A stretch of DNA of 64,000 bases from Podarcis cretensis (Eukaryota), in contig OX638156.1 in the NCBI GenBank assembly GCA_951804945.1, positions 26,040,001-26,104,000 on the forward strand, read 5' to 3'. Both the position numbers and the translations under genes were made by a program. Positions within the stretch are counted from its first letter, which is position 1. Every line of letters begins with the position of its first letter. This document shows positions 36,974 through 49,930 of this stretch, one piece after another. The notes under the pieces were generated by a model. The model saw only the letters and a list, made by a program, of their open reading frames with translations, had not been told where the DNA came from and made no database searches.

Positions 36974-37354
36974 ATGTTTGAACCAAGCAGGGACCTATTT
37001 TGAGTTCTGTTTCCATGGTCATTAGGTTTTTTTGTATTTTGTTGTGCGGGAGAGGGTGGATATTTCTAAGCATGCCAGACTAGGACCTGGGAGACCAGGG
37101 TTCAAATCCCCACTCAGCCATGAAGCTTGTTGGGTGACTTTAGGCCAATCGCAGCCTCTCAGCCTAACGCACCTCACAGGGTTGCTGTGGGAATTAAATG
37201 AGGAGGGAGAGAGCCATGTGGGCCACCTTGAGCTCCATGGAAATAAAGGTGGGAGATAAATGCAGCAAATAAAGAAATGCATTAGTATGTCCCAAACTTT
37301 TAACTCAGGGTTCACTAACATGATGCCTTTAGGCACCAGTGTAACTCCTGTAAT

Positions 37355-37730
37355 GGTAAAGGTAAAGGGATCCCTGACAATTAGGTCCAGTCGTGACCGA
37401 CTCTGGGGTTGCGGCGCTCATTTCGCTTTATTGGCCGAGGGAGCCGGCGTACAGCTTCCGGGTCATAAGGCAACAGGTGAGAAAGTAAAGGGACCCCTGA
37501 CCGTTAGGTCCAGTCAAGGATGACTCTGGGGTTGCGGCGCTCATCTCGCTTTACTGGCTGAGGGAGCCGGCATACAGCTTCCGGGTCATGTGGCCAGCAT
37601 GGCTAAGCTGCTTCAGGCGAACCAGAGCAGCGCACGGAAAGGCCATTTACCTTCCTGCCGGAGCGGTACCTGTTTATCTACTTGCACTTTGACGTGCTTT
37701 CGAACTGCTAGGTTGGCAGGAGCAGGGACC
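37355..37730 (-). mobile_element. Rearranged Sauria-type SINE (3' part present twice)
   Basis: Two SINE 3' ends in tandem, separated by AAGGCAACAGGTGA; 5' head missing. Confidence 0.88.
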
Positions 37731-38520
37731 CCCCAAAAAATTGCAATACATGAAAGACTGTTGGCTCCTCCTGTTCAGCTCCTGGTTGCAGTGGCTCAGC
37801 CTCTCCTACACTGAACCAACCCCATTAAACATGCCCACACATTGTGGGACGCTGACATTTGATGACCACCCTCCCATTGCAAACAGAGGATAGGTGCAAA
37901 TAATTTCTTTCCATGAACTGATGTGATAGTAATTGATATAGGTGCCTTTCCCACCCCCCACCCCCATTTATGCTGGCACCATTTTGCAGTCCTACCTCTT
38001 CTTCTGCTCTTACATGTGGCAACCATTATGCCACACATCCCCACAGCCAGCCATGTTGTGATCTGGGACGCCCCCTGTGGCAGCCATTTTGTGACTGCCA
38101 CACATAGCGCTGACTCGCTCATTGCTTTTGCAGGAGCTGGTGGGCCGAGAACAGAAATCCTCAGTGTGTGTCCCTTGCCCATTCAGCAAGCCACCAGGAC
38201 CACTGTTTCCTGGTTAGCCAACTGTTTTCAAGTGCCATTTCCAGGCGCCTGCCTTGCTAGAGTAGCCATTAGGTCTTCCTGGTCAGGAAAAGTTTAACCA
38301 GGCTTCCTATTTGGCTGGGACTAGTAGTGGCCGGTTCCCATTGGGGCAGAAGGCAGGGAACCCAAATAGTAGATAGTAAACAGCTAGAGGCAATGACCGG
38401 GAAAGCCAGTTCATCCCCTCTGCTGATTTTCCTACAGGGTAACACTGACAGTGCATTCAGACACAGGGCTTGTTCCATTAGCATTCCTGATTAGAAACCC
38501 AAGAATTAATGATCCTTTTA

Positions 38521-38830
38521 GACTGCTGATCAGAAGGTTGGCAGTTCGAATCCCCGCAATGGGGTGAGCTCCCGTTGCTCGGTCCCTGCTCTGCCAACCT
38601 AGCAGTTCGAAAGCACGTCCAAGTGCAAGTAGATAAATAGGTACCGCTCTGGCGGGAAGGTAAAATGGCGCTTCTGTGCGCTGCTCTGGTTCGCCAGAAG
38701 CGGCTTAGTCATGCTGGCCACATGACCCGGAAGCTGTATGCCGGCTCCCTCAGCCAGTAAAGCGAGATGAGCGCCGCAACCCCAGAGTCATCCTTGACTG
38801 GACCTAACGGTCAGGGGTCCCTTTACTTTT
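38521..38830 (+). mobile_element. Sauria-type SINE (subfamily 'A'), 5'-truncated
   Basis: B-box GTTCGAATCC, SINE body, CCCTTTAC tail. Confidence 0.9.
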
Positions 38831-39944
38831 TCACCTGTTGCCTTATGTGACTATGGCTTTTGAATCAATATACCACCATGTTGCCACACACCTTTCATGC
38901 ACATGTGCACTTTCGTTCCCTCAATTCACTTGTGGAAATGCCGGGAAAAGAGCTGTAGGCCGGAATACCGCTCTGAATTTAGTTCCACAATTTTCTCTCC
39001 CACCTTAACCAATTATCACAAACAAGTGGGGAACTTCCATGCTGGATGCTGCTGGGTTCCCCGAAGCGACTTTTTTACGTTGTGTGAAAGATCACAAAAG
39101 GTGAAAATTTATCAGGAAAATGGAATAAAGTGCTGTCTGAATGCAGCCTGAGATGAAGCTGGCAGTCAAAGCCACTTTCAAGTCCACAGAATCCTGAACA
39201 AGACAAACAAATCCCCCCAAATTACTGAGGCTTTTTGAAGAAGTATTTGGGATGTATGGACATAGGCTGCCCCCATGTGGCTGTCTGCTGAACAAGGAAG
39301 AACAGAAAATACTTTAAGGGCAGAGAAATGGCTGGATTTAAAGCTACTCCAAGGAATCTGCTTTTTAAGTTACTCCCGGGGTGGGGTGGGAGGATTTCTT
39401 GCTGCTACTTGCTGTTATTTGTAGGTGTTTTGTATGGTTTTTTTTTTTTTTTAAATGATATATTGTATTAATGTTTATATTTTTCAAACATGTTGTAAGT
39501 CACTTGGAGGCCTTTGGGCAGTAAGTGGTTAACCAGGCTGCCTCTGCTTCATCTATAGATTATTATGTAGATCAGGGATGGTTGGCTAAATATAGGACTC
39601 CCAAGTCCCGTCAACCCCCTGCCAACCTGGCCAACAGTCAGGAATGATGGGAGTTGTAGTCCAGCATCATCTGGAGGCCAAAAGAACATTAATGCAGACC
39701 TGCTGATCTTTCTTACTGTCATTCTCTTTTTCTTTTTTCTCTTTCTCCAAGCCATGTAAGGCAATGATGAAAATGCTGGACTTGCCAGTGGCCTCTCCCT
39801 CAACGGAGGTCAGCCATGGGTCAGGGTTGCTCTCTCTTTGGGTTTCCTGCATTCAACAAAAGGTTGGACTGGATGGTCAGCAGGGGTCACCAATGTGGTG
39901 CCCATGAGGGCCAGTATGCCCACCAATACCTTCTAAGGTGCCCA

Positions 39945-40292
39945 GGTAAAGGGTAAAGGGACCCCTGACCATTAGGTCCAGTTGCGGCTGACTGGGGTTG
40001 CGACGCTCATCTCGCTTTATTGGCCAAGGGAGCCAGCGTACAGCTTCCGGGTCATGTGTCCAGCATGACTAAGCCGCTTCTGGCGAACCAGAGCAGTGCA
40101 TGGAAACGCTGTTTACCTTCCTGCTGGAGTGGTACCTATTTATGTACTTTCACTTTGATGTGCTTTTGAACTGCTGACAGGAGCAGGGACCAAGCAATGG
40201 GAGCTCACCCCGTTGCGGGGATTCGAATTGCCGACCTTCTGATCGGCAAGTTCTAGGCTCTGTGGTTTAACCCACAGCGCCACCCGCGTCCC
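39945..40292 (-). mobile_element. Sauria-type SINE (subfamily 'A'), full length
   Basis: TSD AAGGTGCCCA (39935-39944, 40296-40305). Confidence 0.92.
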
Positions 40293-41628
40293 TTCAAGGT
40301 GCCCATGAAAAGTCTCAGTAAATACCTTCTAAAAAACCCACGATGCCTGGGAGACTTTTTGCTTTTCTTTATCAGTTCCTAATTGCAGTGGCTTGGTCTC
40401 TCCTGCATTACACACACACACACACTTAATCCCAGCCACATTTTTTGGGTGGATGGCAGGATCGAAAAACCACTTTTCCTGAAGGGAGGTATAAACAGCG
40501 TCATTCTTGGAATGTGGTGGTAGTTAATGTAGGTACCTTCTCTCCCCCCCCCCCAATGTGGGTGGTTGATTGAAAGGAGGGGCATACCTACAGCATTTTG
40601 TGGTCCTGTCTCTTTTTCTGCTCTTTTATACATCTTGCGTTATGTCACACCCCACAGCAGCCATTTTGTGACTTGCACCCATGGCACTATTCCAAAATAC
40701 CACATGTGCCCACTGGCATTGAAAAGGTTGGCGCTTCCTCATCTGCAGGGCTGCCTCCAACTCTGCTATGCTTCTATTTCTGTTCTTGCCGTTTTGAAGA
40801 GATTTACCGGTATATCTGCAACTTGCTAGGAATCCTCTAATCGTGCCTGAAGATACATTAGCAGAGTCCCTTTTGAGCGGCTGAATTAAGAGGCTTCCTC
40901 AAGGGCAGGAGCTACCCTTTGCTACAGAGTCTGGGCCAAGTGCCATAAACAGGGGGAATTCCCCAAGAAACCCCACAGATAAGGCAGGGTCCATGCCTGT
41001 TAAGTGTTATGGCATTTTTCAGCAGCAGTGCTTCTGAGGGAATGCTTCGTGCTAGCACTTTTGAGTTTACAATGCTTAGATAGCATCAGTGTACGTGCTG
41101 CATTCAGGCAGTCCTGGCTTGCTGTACTATCAGTTTAAGGATTCAAGAGTGAACTAAGCTGAGCAACAAACTTGAGTCACACTCAAACATAATCTGCTGT
41201 AGAGAAAGTAGATAGTGATAGGTTTTTCTCCCGCTCTTGCAATACAGGGTCATCCAATGAAGCTGAATGTTGGAAGATTCAGGACAGATGAAAGGACTTC
41301 TTCACATGGAACTTGCACTCACAAGAGGCAGTGATGGCCACCTGCTTGGATGCCTCTAAAAGACATGACTGGTAAGGCTATAGTTGATAGCCAAAATGTT
41401 TTGTCATAGCATCCCTCTGAATGCAAGTTGCTGTGAATTACAGGTAGGGAGAATGCTGTTGCACTCAGGTCATGCTTTTCGGCTTCCCATTGGCATCTGG
41501 TGAGGATGCTGCACATAACCAATGAAAACAGGGACATCCTATTCCATCATATCATCATCATCATCATCATCATCGTTGTTGTTGTTGTTGTTGTTATACC
41601 CCACCCATCTAACTAGGTTGCTCTAAGG

Positions 41629-41763
41629 CAGCCTTTCTCAACCTGTGGGTCCCCATATGTTGAACTGCAACTCCCATCACCCCTAGCTAGCAAGGACAGA
41701 GCTGAGGGATTATGGGAGTTGTAGTCCAGCAACATCTGCGGACCTACAGGTTGAGAACCGCTG
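41629..41763. mobile_element. Palindromic hAT-type MITE
   Basis: TIRs CAGCCTTTCTCAACCTG / CAGGTTGAGAACCGCTG around a CAACTCCCAT / ATGGGAGTTG core. Many more degenerate copies occur across the window. Confidence 0.75.
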
Positions 41764-41863
41764 CTCGTAAGAAGTGGGACATTCCAGGATCAAATCAGAA
41801 ACTGGGTCTGTCCTTGGAAAATAGGGGCACTTGGAGGGCCTGCCAGCAGGCTTTGTCTTATGT

Positions 41864-42112
41864 CAGGGGTCAGCAAACTTTTTCAGCAAGGGGCCAGTCC
41901 ACTGTCCCTCAGACCTTGTGGGGGCCAGACTATATTTTGGAAAAAATAATGAAAGAATTCCTATGCCCCACAAATAACCCAGAGGTGCATTTTAAATAAA
42001 AGGACACATTCTACTCATGTAAAAGCACGCCAGTTCCTGGACTGTCCACGGGCTGGATTTAGAAGGCGATTGGGCCGGATGTAGCCCCTGGGCCTTAGTT
42101 TGCCTATCCATG
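41864..42112. mobile_element. hAT (Charlie-like) MITE
   Basis: Perfect 8-bp TSD TCTTATGT; same family as 18818. Confidence 0.92.
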
Positions 42113-43638
42113 TCTTATGTTCTTATGAGGTTTGATCATATAGCATTTCCGGTGAACCAGAGGTGCTATGCAATGTGTGCCAGCGCCATACTAGCATTGG
42201 ACTAGATGAGCCATTGGCCTGATCCAGCAGGTTCATATGTTTTCATGTGTTTGTGGCACATAGCCCTCACATCTTTGTTAATAATAATGGTTTTATTTGA
42301 CCCTGCCCATCTGACAGGGTTGCCCCAGCTACTCTGGATGGCTTTCACAGTAAGGCTTTCGATTGCAGAAATAATTCGCTTCCCAAGCATCATACCTGCT
42401 TCCTGTGGGAAAAGGAGACCACTCCAGATGTTGTCTGTATCCAGCATACCCAATGGCAGGGGACTGTGGGAGGCAGGGATGGTGGAGAAAATTGATTCAG
42501 TTTGCACGTTGGCTAATTTGCACCTCCTGAAATGATAAATGACCTGAAAGACAACCATCCTTTGAAATTCAGAGTTCTCCTAATTTGGTAGTGCAGTTCT
42601 CCAACAAGGAATGTGTATAAAAATGAATGTACAAGGGTAAAGTATGCATTCAAATGCATACATTAGTGAAAACAGCATACAAAAAATGTATTGCATTAGG
42701 GGAAACTGCTTGCAAATAGGTGTATATTAGGAATATGTACTAAAATGCCACCAGATTTTCATGGAGATATTTAATAATAATAATAATAATAATTAATAAT
42801 TGCAAACTGATGTGGAAATGTGGATTACTGAAGAGAAACTGAAAGAACTTGAAACTGACCGCTTCGCCCATGCCTAATGGGAGTCAAACTCCAACAACAT
42901 CTGGGATTCCCCATTCCTGTAATAGGCTGAGGAGTTTAAAGTCTCCCTAACCAGAGAGATGCAAATGACAGAGGCAGGCTGGGAGGTCTCCCTGTTCTTT
43001 CCCCAGCTCCCTCTTTTCATTTGGAGGTTGTTGGGGTTCCCTCATCCACCCACCCAGGTGGTCTCGTTTTTCCCCTCTTGCCAGAAGAATGTGATGAATC
43101 CAGGGTTTTTGTGCAGCATTTTCTGTAAATCCAGACTGGCTGCCCCGTCGCCTTCCCAGAACTCAGGTTTCCCCTCATCTCTCCAAACAGGAATTTCCAT
43201 CTGTAATAAATTAGCAGCGGAGGGTTTTTAGACCAAGGACTTTTGCTGGAAAGCAGCAGCAGTAACCAAGGGGAGGAACTTGCAAGCAGCATTCCCAGCA
43301 GCTGGGAGCAGGGGCACTGAGTAGAAAACTGCCTCTTTCCCCCATAATGCCCCCAGTTGTTGAGCTATGGAAAATGCTGCCATCTCCTCCAAGTCTGGAC
43401 CTCTCCTCTCAACCATGCCCTGGTGATCCTCAGAAGGATGCAAAAGCAAATGTTAGGATCCACTGGCCTCCTATGCATAATTTTAGTAAACTGACCACAA
43501 AATGGGACAGTGCTGTATATACATCCAGCTACACAAGCCAGGGCATTGCAGTGATGGACTGAGCCCCGACAGCTAGGGCTGGCACCTCGTCAACCCACCC
43601 CTGTAGTGCTTGAATGCCACCTTGTCAACTGACCTCTA

Positions 43639-44005
43639 GGTAAAGGTAAAGGTAAAGGTACCCCTGCCCGTACGGGCCAGTCTTGACAGACTCTGGGGTT
43701 GTGCGCCCATCTCACTTAAGAGGCCAGGGGCCAGCGCTGTCCGGAGACACTTCCGGGTCACGTGGCCAGCGTGACATCGCTGCTCTGGCAAGCCAGAGCC
43801 GCACACGGAAACGCCGTTTACCTTCCCGCTGGTAAGCGGTCCCTATTTATCTACTTGCACCCGGAGGTGCTTTCGAACTGCTAGGTTGGCAGGCGCTGGG
43901 ACCGAGCAGCGGGAGCGCACCCCGCCGCAGGGATTCGAACCGCCGACCTTTTGATCGGCAAGTCCTAGGCGCTGAGGCTTTAACCCACAGCGCCACCTGC
44001 GTCCC
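43639..44005 (-). mobile_element. Sauria-type SINE (subfamily 'B'), full length, young
   Basis: Perfect 14-bp TSD TCAACTGACCTCTA, CpGs largely intact, (ACCTTT)n tail. Confidence 0.95.
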
Positions 44006-45951
44006 TCAACTGACCTCTAAGTATACTTAAATGCACCCTCATCAACTGTCCTCAAAAGTTACTTCCACATGACCTGTTCAATGAGCATTCAGTCTGATTT
44101 GTTTGCAGAGAGATTAGATGACCTTCACCATTTAATGAGCCTTCACCCTGATTCGTTGATGGGGAGAATGCTAGATGACGTTGTGTTATTTCACGCTTCC
44201 CAGTGCATTTTTCTCGTGCTTTCCTTTTCGCAAAATGTCCAGTCTTCTGGGGAAGCAGGATTGTTTAGCGAGAGCTCCCAACTCGGCTTTAATTGTGCAG
44301 CCTAGATTTGCCAGGATGCAACTGAATCCCACCCGAAAACAGTGACCATCAGGAAGTGCCCCAAGTACCCTTGAATGGAGAATATAGAGGGAGAAGGTCC
44401 CTGCCCTGAGGAGCCTACAGCCTAAAACTTGAGGATAAAGGAAAAGTGAGGGGTAGGGAGGCAGGGTTAAAAAGAAAAGCCATAAACTGCTGTTTCACCT
44501 GTTCAAGCTTAGCTACCTCATCCAGCCTCGGCTTCCTGATACTGTTGTAACAGTGTGGCGTCACACGTTGCAAAACCAGGAGAGCACAAGAAAGAACAGG
44601 AGGAAAGAGTGATAGGAAAGTTGGCAGGAAATCTGGGTTTAAGAGGGAACGTAAGAGGAGAGAGATAGAAAGTTATCTTTCAAAACAGAAACCACAAGTA
44701 ATGGCTATTAATCTTTCTGTATAAACATTAACATTTCCTTCTTCCCGTGCTGGCTTCAGCCTGCAAAGCATTTCTGGGAGCTGGAAGTGAGGCTCCATTC
44801 TGCATTTGTGCTTCCACAAAGTCTGTCTTCCCTCAGTTACTGTGGAGCATCAGACTCCTGCGTTCTTGCACAACTCTCTATCCTGCAATCATTTCCCCGA
44901 AAGGCCTGTGGGAGAGGGGGAGGGGGGAGAGGAGAGGAGAATGCAGCAGCCAGCAGGTCCCAAAGTGATCTTGGCAGTGGGGTCTCAGCTCACATACAGT
45001 AGGATCACCTTCCCTTCCCTTCCCAGCCCGAACCTCATACGATAGCGAAAGCCACTCTGGCAGTGGCAGTGAGCCCAGAATTCCTTGGAACTGCTGTGGA
45101 AGAAAAGCCCAGTCATCTTTGCTCAGGTTTTGTTATGTTTTGTTTAATCTTTAAAATCTGCATGATAGGCTCACTTGCATGGTGGGGGCAACAGTACAGG
45201 ACTCTGGGACAGAGGTCAAGGGCTCCACTCGGCAGAATGAGCAGGAGGAACATAGAAAAGAGCAGGAGCCAGATGTTTTGGACTACAACTCCAGCAGCTT
45301 GGCTAAAGATGGGAGTTTTGACCCCAAACATCTGGAGGGCAGCAGATTGAACAAGGCTGAAAGTGCCATTGCAGTCAGGCTGGCAAGTACCAGGTTAGAG
45401 AGATGGCTAATTAGTTTGACCTGGTATAAGGTTGCTTTCAACATTCCTATATTGGATTGTTCAGCCCTCTTAAAGCTGATTGAATCCAATAGGATTGTTA
45501 AGCGCGTGCCCTTAATCCTTCTGGAATAATATTTAAGGCCACATTCCAAAGCAAGACTCATTTGGAAGTAATCCAAGGGGAAGGGCTTCTGAGGAAACGT
45601 TATTACCCACTGTGAGGAACATGGTCAGTCCAAGTATGTGGCATACAAAGGAAGAAATAAATAACTAAAATGATGAGGAACAGACTAAAACTCTTTTTCT
45701 GTTGCACCCTCTTAGCAAAGTCACTTCAATAACACAGACACAAGCCCAGTGAGAAAAGTCTTTAAAACACTTTACTAAGCGGACGGAACAAAAGCAATGT
45801 ATAATTTGAGAAGAAATAAGTAGAGAGGTTTTGTCTGTCTTTGTTCAGGCCTTGAACATAGCAGGGTGACACTCAACCAAACATACAGAAAAAAGTTCCC
45901 TCAGAACTATGCAGCCAATCAGAACACATGTCATCTAAGTTAAGATTGTGC

Positions 45952-45954
<3 letters not shown>

Positions 45955-46020
<66 letters not shown>
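45955..46020 (+). repeat. Compound (TG)n(AG)n microsatellite
   Basis: Read directly from the sequence. Confidence 0.95.
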
Positions 46021-46025
<5 letters not shown>

Positions 46026-48949
46026 GAGTGGGCAAATATGAATGGGGCAAGATGTTCCTTCAAGTAAATCAGTCCCAAGCTGTTGAGGGCTTTATATACC
46101 AATAGTAACACCTCGTTTTCTGGTCCATAAACAGCTGCATAACAGGCAGAAACTGAACAGCTGGAGATTTTCCTGGTGCAAGATAACATGGTTGGGAGAG
46201 CTTTCCCTGGTGAACTTCTGCCTCTTACCCAGCTGTCAGAGGCATAAAGAGCAGGGGCAGTGAAACCCTGGCAGACTTAAGGTGACTATATTTCTGTCTC
46301 TCCTTGAGAGTCATTTATTTGGGTCCATGCCAGAGTCATCCTGTCTTATTGATTGGCTGGGCAGGGAGACCTTGAGAAGGCACTCTGTCATCCACATAGT
46401 ACTTTTGGCAAGAAGAAAACAAAAACCCAGGGCATGTCTGGGGATTTGCCCTTGTGGAGAAAGTTTTTGGGTGCAAGATGCAAATGCGGGGAGAGAAGGC
46501 CCTCCTGGATTAGCGTGAGAAAGGAACAAGGGAGAAAGAGATCCTGGTCACAGCCTCCTGACCTTTTGCTCTCTCACACAAGCTGCAATGGCTAAAGAGG
46601 CCAAACTGCCTTTTCTACTTTAGAAGAGCCTTTTAAAGGAGGGAGGACAACAAAGCCAGGTTAATGACTGAGAGACCACGCCCAGGCTTGTTTTGCCCAC
46701 AGGAAACAATGTCCTGTACAGAGTGATTACACTCCCTTTGGTTCAACAAGACAAAACAGTCCTAGATAATCTGGAGGCTTGAGGAATCGACTTTGAGTGG
46801 CATGCCATCAACACTGGCACTGATACAAGTCTGGCAGCATCATGTTCCTGGTTGGCATCCTGTGGTCCTTTTAGTTGTAGCCGGAAGCAGAGGCTGGCTG
46901 ATACTGAGTCTACAGATGCAATATGTGGAGTGGGGGCACCAAATCAACTTCACCATACATTGTCCTCAGAGTATCTGCACCTGGTAGAAAGAACTCTGTG
47001 CAGCTAAATCCTCTTATGCATGCTTACTCAAAAGTAAGTCCCCTGGAACTTTATTGTCTGGAGCATAGTACGGGAGATTTGCTAGACTACAGGTCCCATC
47101 ATCCCTGAGCATTGGCCATGATGACTGGGGCTGATGGGAGTTGTAGTTCAAAACATCTGGAAGGCACAAGGCTGAGGGATTCTGGGCTACAAATACGTGA
47201 TGGCATTGTTTTTAATTGCTGCAGTTTGTATTGTTACTGTTTTGCTCTAGGTTTTTGTTTATCTGAGATATTTCTGAACTGCCTTTCACTAAAAGATTCC
47301 AGGACCACCAGTGTGCAAATGGTGGCAGCTGTAAGCTGGGAATGTTTTTGACACTGAAAGGCAGTGTTCTAAATGGGTTGCACGAGTTCCCCATGTGTTT
47401 CTGGGCTCAAGTCAAGGAGCTCACATTAGTTTAAAGCCACAAACTTCTCAGGCTCCCAACACCTGAAAGATTGCCTCCTTCCCTACAGACCTTCTCAGGA
47501 GTTAAGATTGGCAGAAGAGGATGTATTGTTTGTTATACCACTCTCAGAAGCTGTTGGCCTGGGAGAGGACCTTCTCAGTGGCAGCCCCAGAGTTGTGGAA
47601 CTCCCTCCCCACTGAGGTGTGTTAGGGATCTTCATTATACAGCTTGGGGCAAAGGCTAAAGAAACACCTCTTTTGGCACTTGAGATGTATATTTTTTAGG
47701 ACCCACCCATTTTTAGGACCCAACAGTTGTTTCCAACTGTTTTCAGCATAGTGTTTTAGCTGCTGTAACCTGCTCTGGGGCATTAGTGTGGGTACTTAAT
47801 TAATTAATTAATTAGTAAAAATAATAACAGAATGAATGGAAAACTTGTTCTTTTGTATTTGCTACTGTGGCAATGGAGGCTGCAATGCTATGTTCACTGT
47901 CCTGAAACAGGGCCCCTTTGAACTGAGAGGGGAGGGCTTTACTCTCATGTTTGTTCAGGCTCTTAACCTACAGGCAGGTAGGTACAGTTATCCATGAAGG
48001 TTGACAACTATGTATGTTTTCTCCAATATAAATGTGCCTGCGCTCAGTTGAGCTTCTTCCCAGTTAAGCATGCACAGGGTTCCTATGGCCTGCACCTATA
48101 TATATTTTGTATATTATAGACATAGCAAACTGATTCACACAGCATTTGGTGGTATCAGCAGGCTGGAAGGAAATTGGGAGATATTAATCTTTCTCTTTTA
48201 CACTGTTTAAATATATTAACACATATATATATGGACTTGTTTGTGAAGAAGAGGACAGGTGTGAGGAGTACAGACACTGCCTAAAGTGGCACTTGCCAAA
48301 TTGGTGCCCTCCAACTGCTTTGGACTACAATTCCCATCAGCACATGCTGGCTGGGGCTGATGGGAGTTGTAGTCCAAAGCAGCTGGAGGGCACCAGGTTG
48401 CCCAAGTCTGGCCTAGAGTGTTCAGCAATGGGCAGTGAGATGACTAAAAGTTTGAAAGAAGACAAGAGCTTTGCAGCGCTGGAATAAGCCACACCTCTTA
48501 AGTGTGTGTGTTTCTCCTTCCCTATGAAGTTCTTAAATGAGCAGCAGGGGCTCCAGATTTCAAAAGCTGTAAATATTCTGTGCAGGAGACCTGGCTTTAC
48601 CTGTGTGCGCACTATCCCTTTTAAAGCACATTCAAAGCACATGCCGCGCCTTCAAAGAATTCTGGGCACTGTAGTTTGTTAAGGGTTGCGGGGGAATCGG
48701 AACTCTGCGAGGGGTAAACTGTACATAAAATGGGGCGCCTTTTCCTGAACAGAATCGCGCGGCAAAACTTCAACATGTTCCTTCTGGCTCTTTGAAACGC
48801 TGAGCAGCTCTGAGAGCGTATGTAAAACCGGCAGTTAAAAAGCAAAACAAAACTAGAGAACAACCAAAACAACAGCAAAAACGCTCCAGCCCTGAGCTCT
48901 CTTGGAGAGGAAAGCCCCGATCGCTAGGGCTGCAACTGCAAGAAGGCTG

Positions 48950-49930
48950 CGCCTTTGCAAACTGACTCGGGAGTAAGCCCCATTAAACTCGACGGGGACT
49001 TACGTGTGCGTAAAAAAAGTGCTGGATCAGGCGCACCGCCTTAGCTCTGCGTTGATAGGCTGCTCGTTTTTCGAGAGAGGAGGATCTCCGCGGCTTGGGG
49101 AGAAAGGGAAGAAGGGCAACCGGGTGCACTTTGTCTTTAACAGGCTCCGGGCCAAAAATCCGCGCTTGCAGGCTCGCAGGCAGCGGCGGCGTAACAATAT
49201 CCCCACGTGACTGCCATGAAAGCCTCTGTTCCAACCAGCCAGGCACCGAGGGAGGGAAAGAAACTTACAAGAGGTCGGAGAACAGGCGCCGCTCGTCATT
49301 TACGCATTAGAGAGAGAAGCCAAACCTCGGGGATGTGATACGAAATTGACCAGAAAGGGCTGGAAAAGACGGATTTGGCCACGCTTCTGCCCTCCCCTCT
49401 TTTCTCTCCACTTCTCCGCGGTTTCGCTTCGCTCTCCTGTCACTCTTAACTTCTTCCTCCTTCCTTCGAAGGCTCCCTTTCCCTCGCCGCCTCTTCCTTA
49501 CTTTTGGATGACTTTCTCCCCCACAACCCCATCTCCCTCCCTTCTTCTCCCCGGCTGCAACTGCGCCCCGATCTCCAAGGTAACGCCTCTCGCAGCAACA
49601 TGCCGGAGCAGATCAGCGTCTCCGAGTTCGTGGCCGTGACTTCGGAGGATCTCAGCTCGCCGGCGGCTTCCAGCTTCGCCTCCAAATTGCAGAAGTGCCG
49701 GGGGGCCGTGGTGGCGCTGGAAGAGGTGAGAGGGGCGCCGGAGGAAGTGGGGCTTGTATGGGGGGGGCGGACGAGGAAAGGCTCTTTCGTTGGGGGAAAA
49801 GGCTGGAGAACCGAGATGGTTTCCCTACACCCCCCCCCAACTAAAAAAAATAAATCGCGCCTTTCTTGCGCGTAAAAGTGGGCGCGGTTGTCTCCTCCGC
49901 GCGGCGCGCACCTGAGCCTTAACGTATTTA
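48950..49930. promoter_or_regulatory. CpG island / promoter of ASAP3
   Basis: Marked CpG enrichment over background around the ASAP3 ATG exon. E-box CACGTG at 49204-49209. Confidence 0.8.
49600..49725 (+). CDS. ASAP3: ASAP3 first coding exon (start of the N-terminal BAR region of the ArfGAP)
   Basis: MPEQISVSEFVAVTSEDLSSPAASSFASKLQKCRGAVVALEE then a GTGAGA donor. ASAP-family N-terminus with the ASAP3-like AVTxEDLSSPA; downstream of E2F2 on the same strand as in mammals. No later exons recognised in the window. Confidence 0.9.

Larger units (their letters stand above)
32404..36995 (+). other. Putative E2F2 3'UTR (~4.6 kb)
   Basis: Runs from the stop codon to the first AATAAA I found (36968-36973). 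ATTAAA variants near 33074 and 35693 could give shorter isoforms. Confidence 0.55.

Noticed and set aside
48759-48766. E2F consensus site (TTTGCCGC, minus strand) upstream of ASAP3
   Set aside because: A single 8-mer in repeat-like sequence ~840 bp from the ATG; chance is likely.
49504-49599. N-terminal extension of ASAP3 from the ORF-track start
   Set aside because: The start codon is TTG, and family similarity begins at the ATG at 49600.
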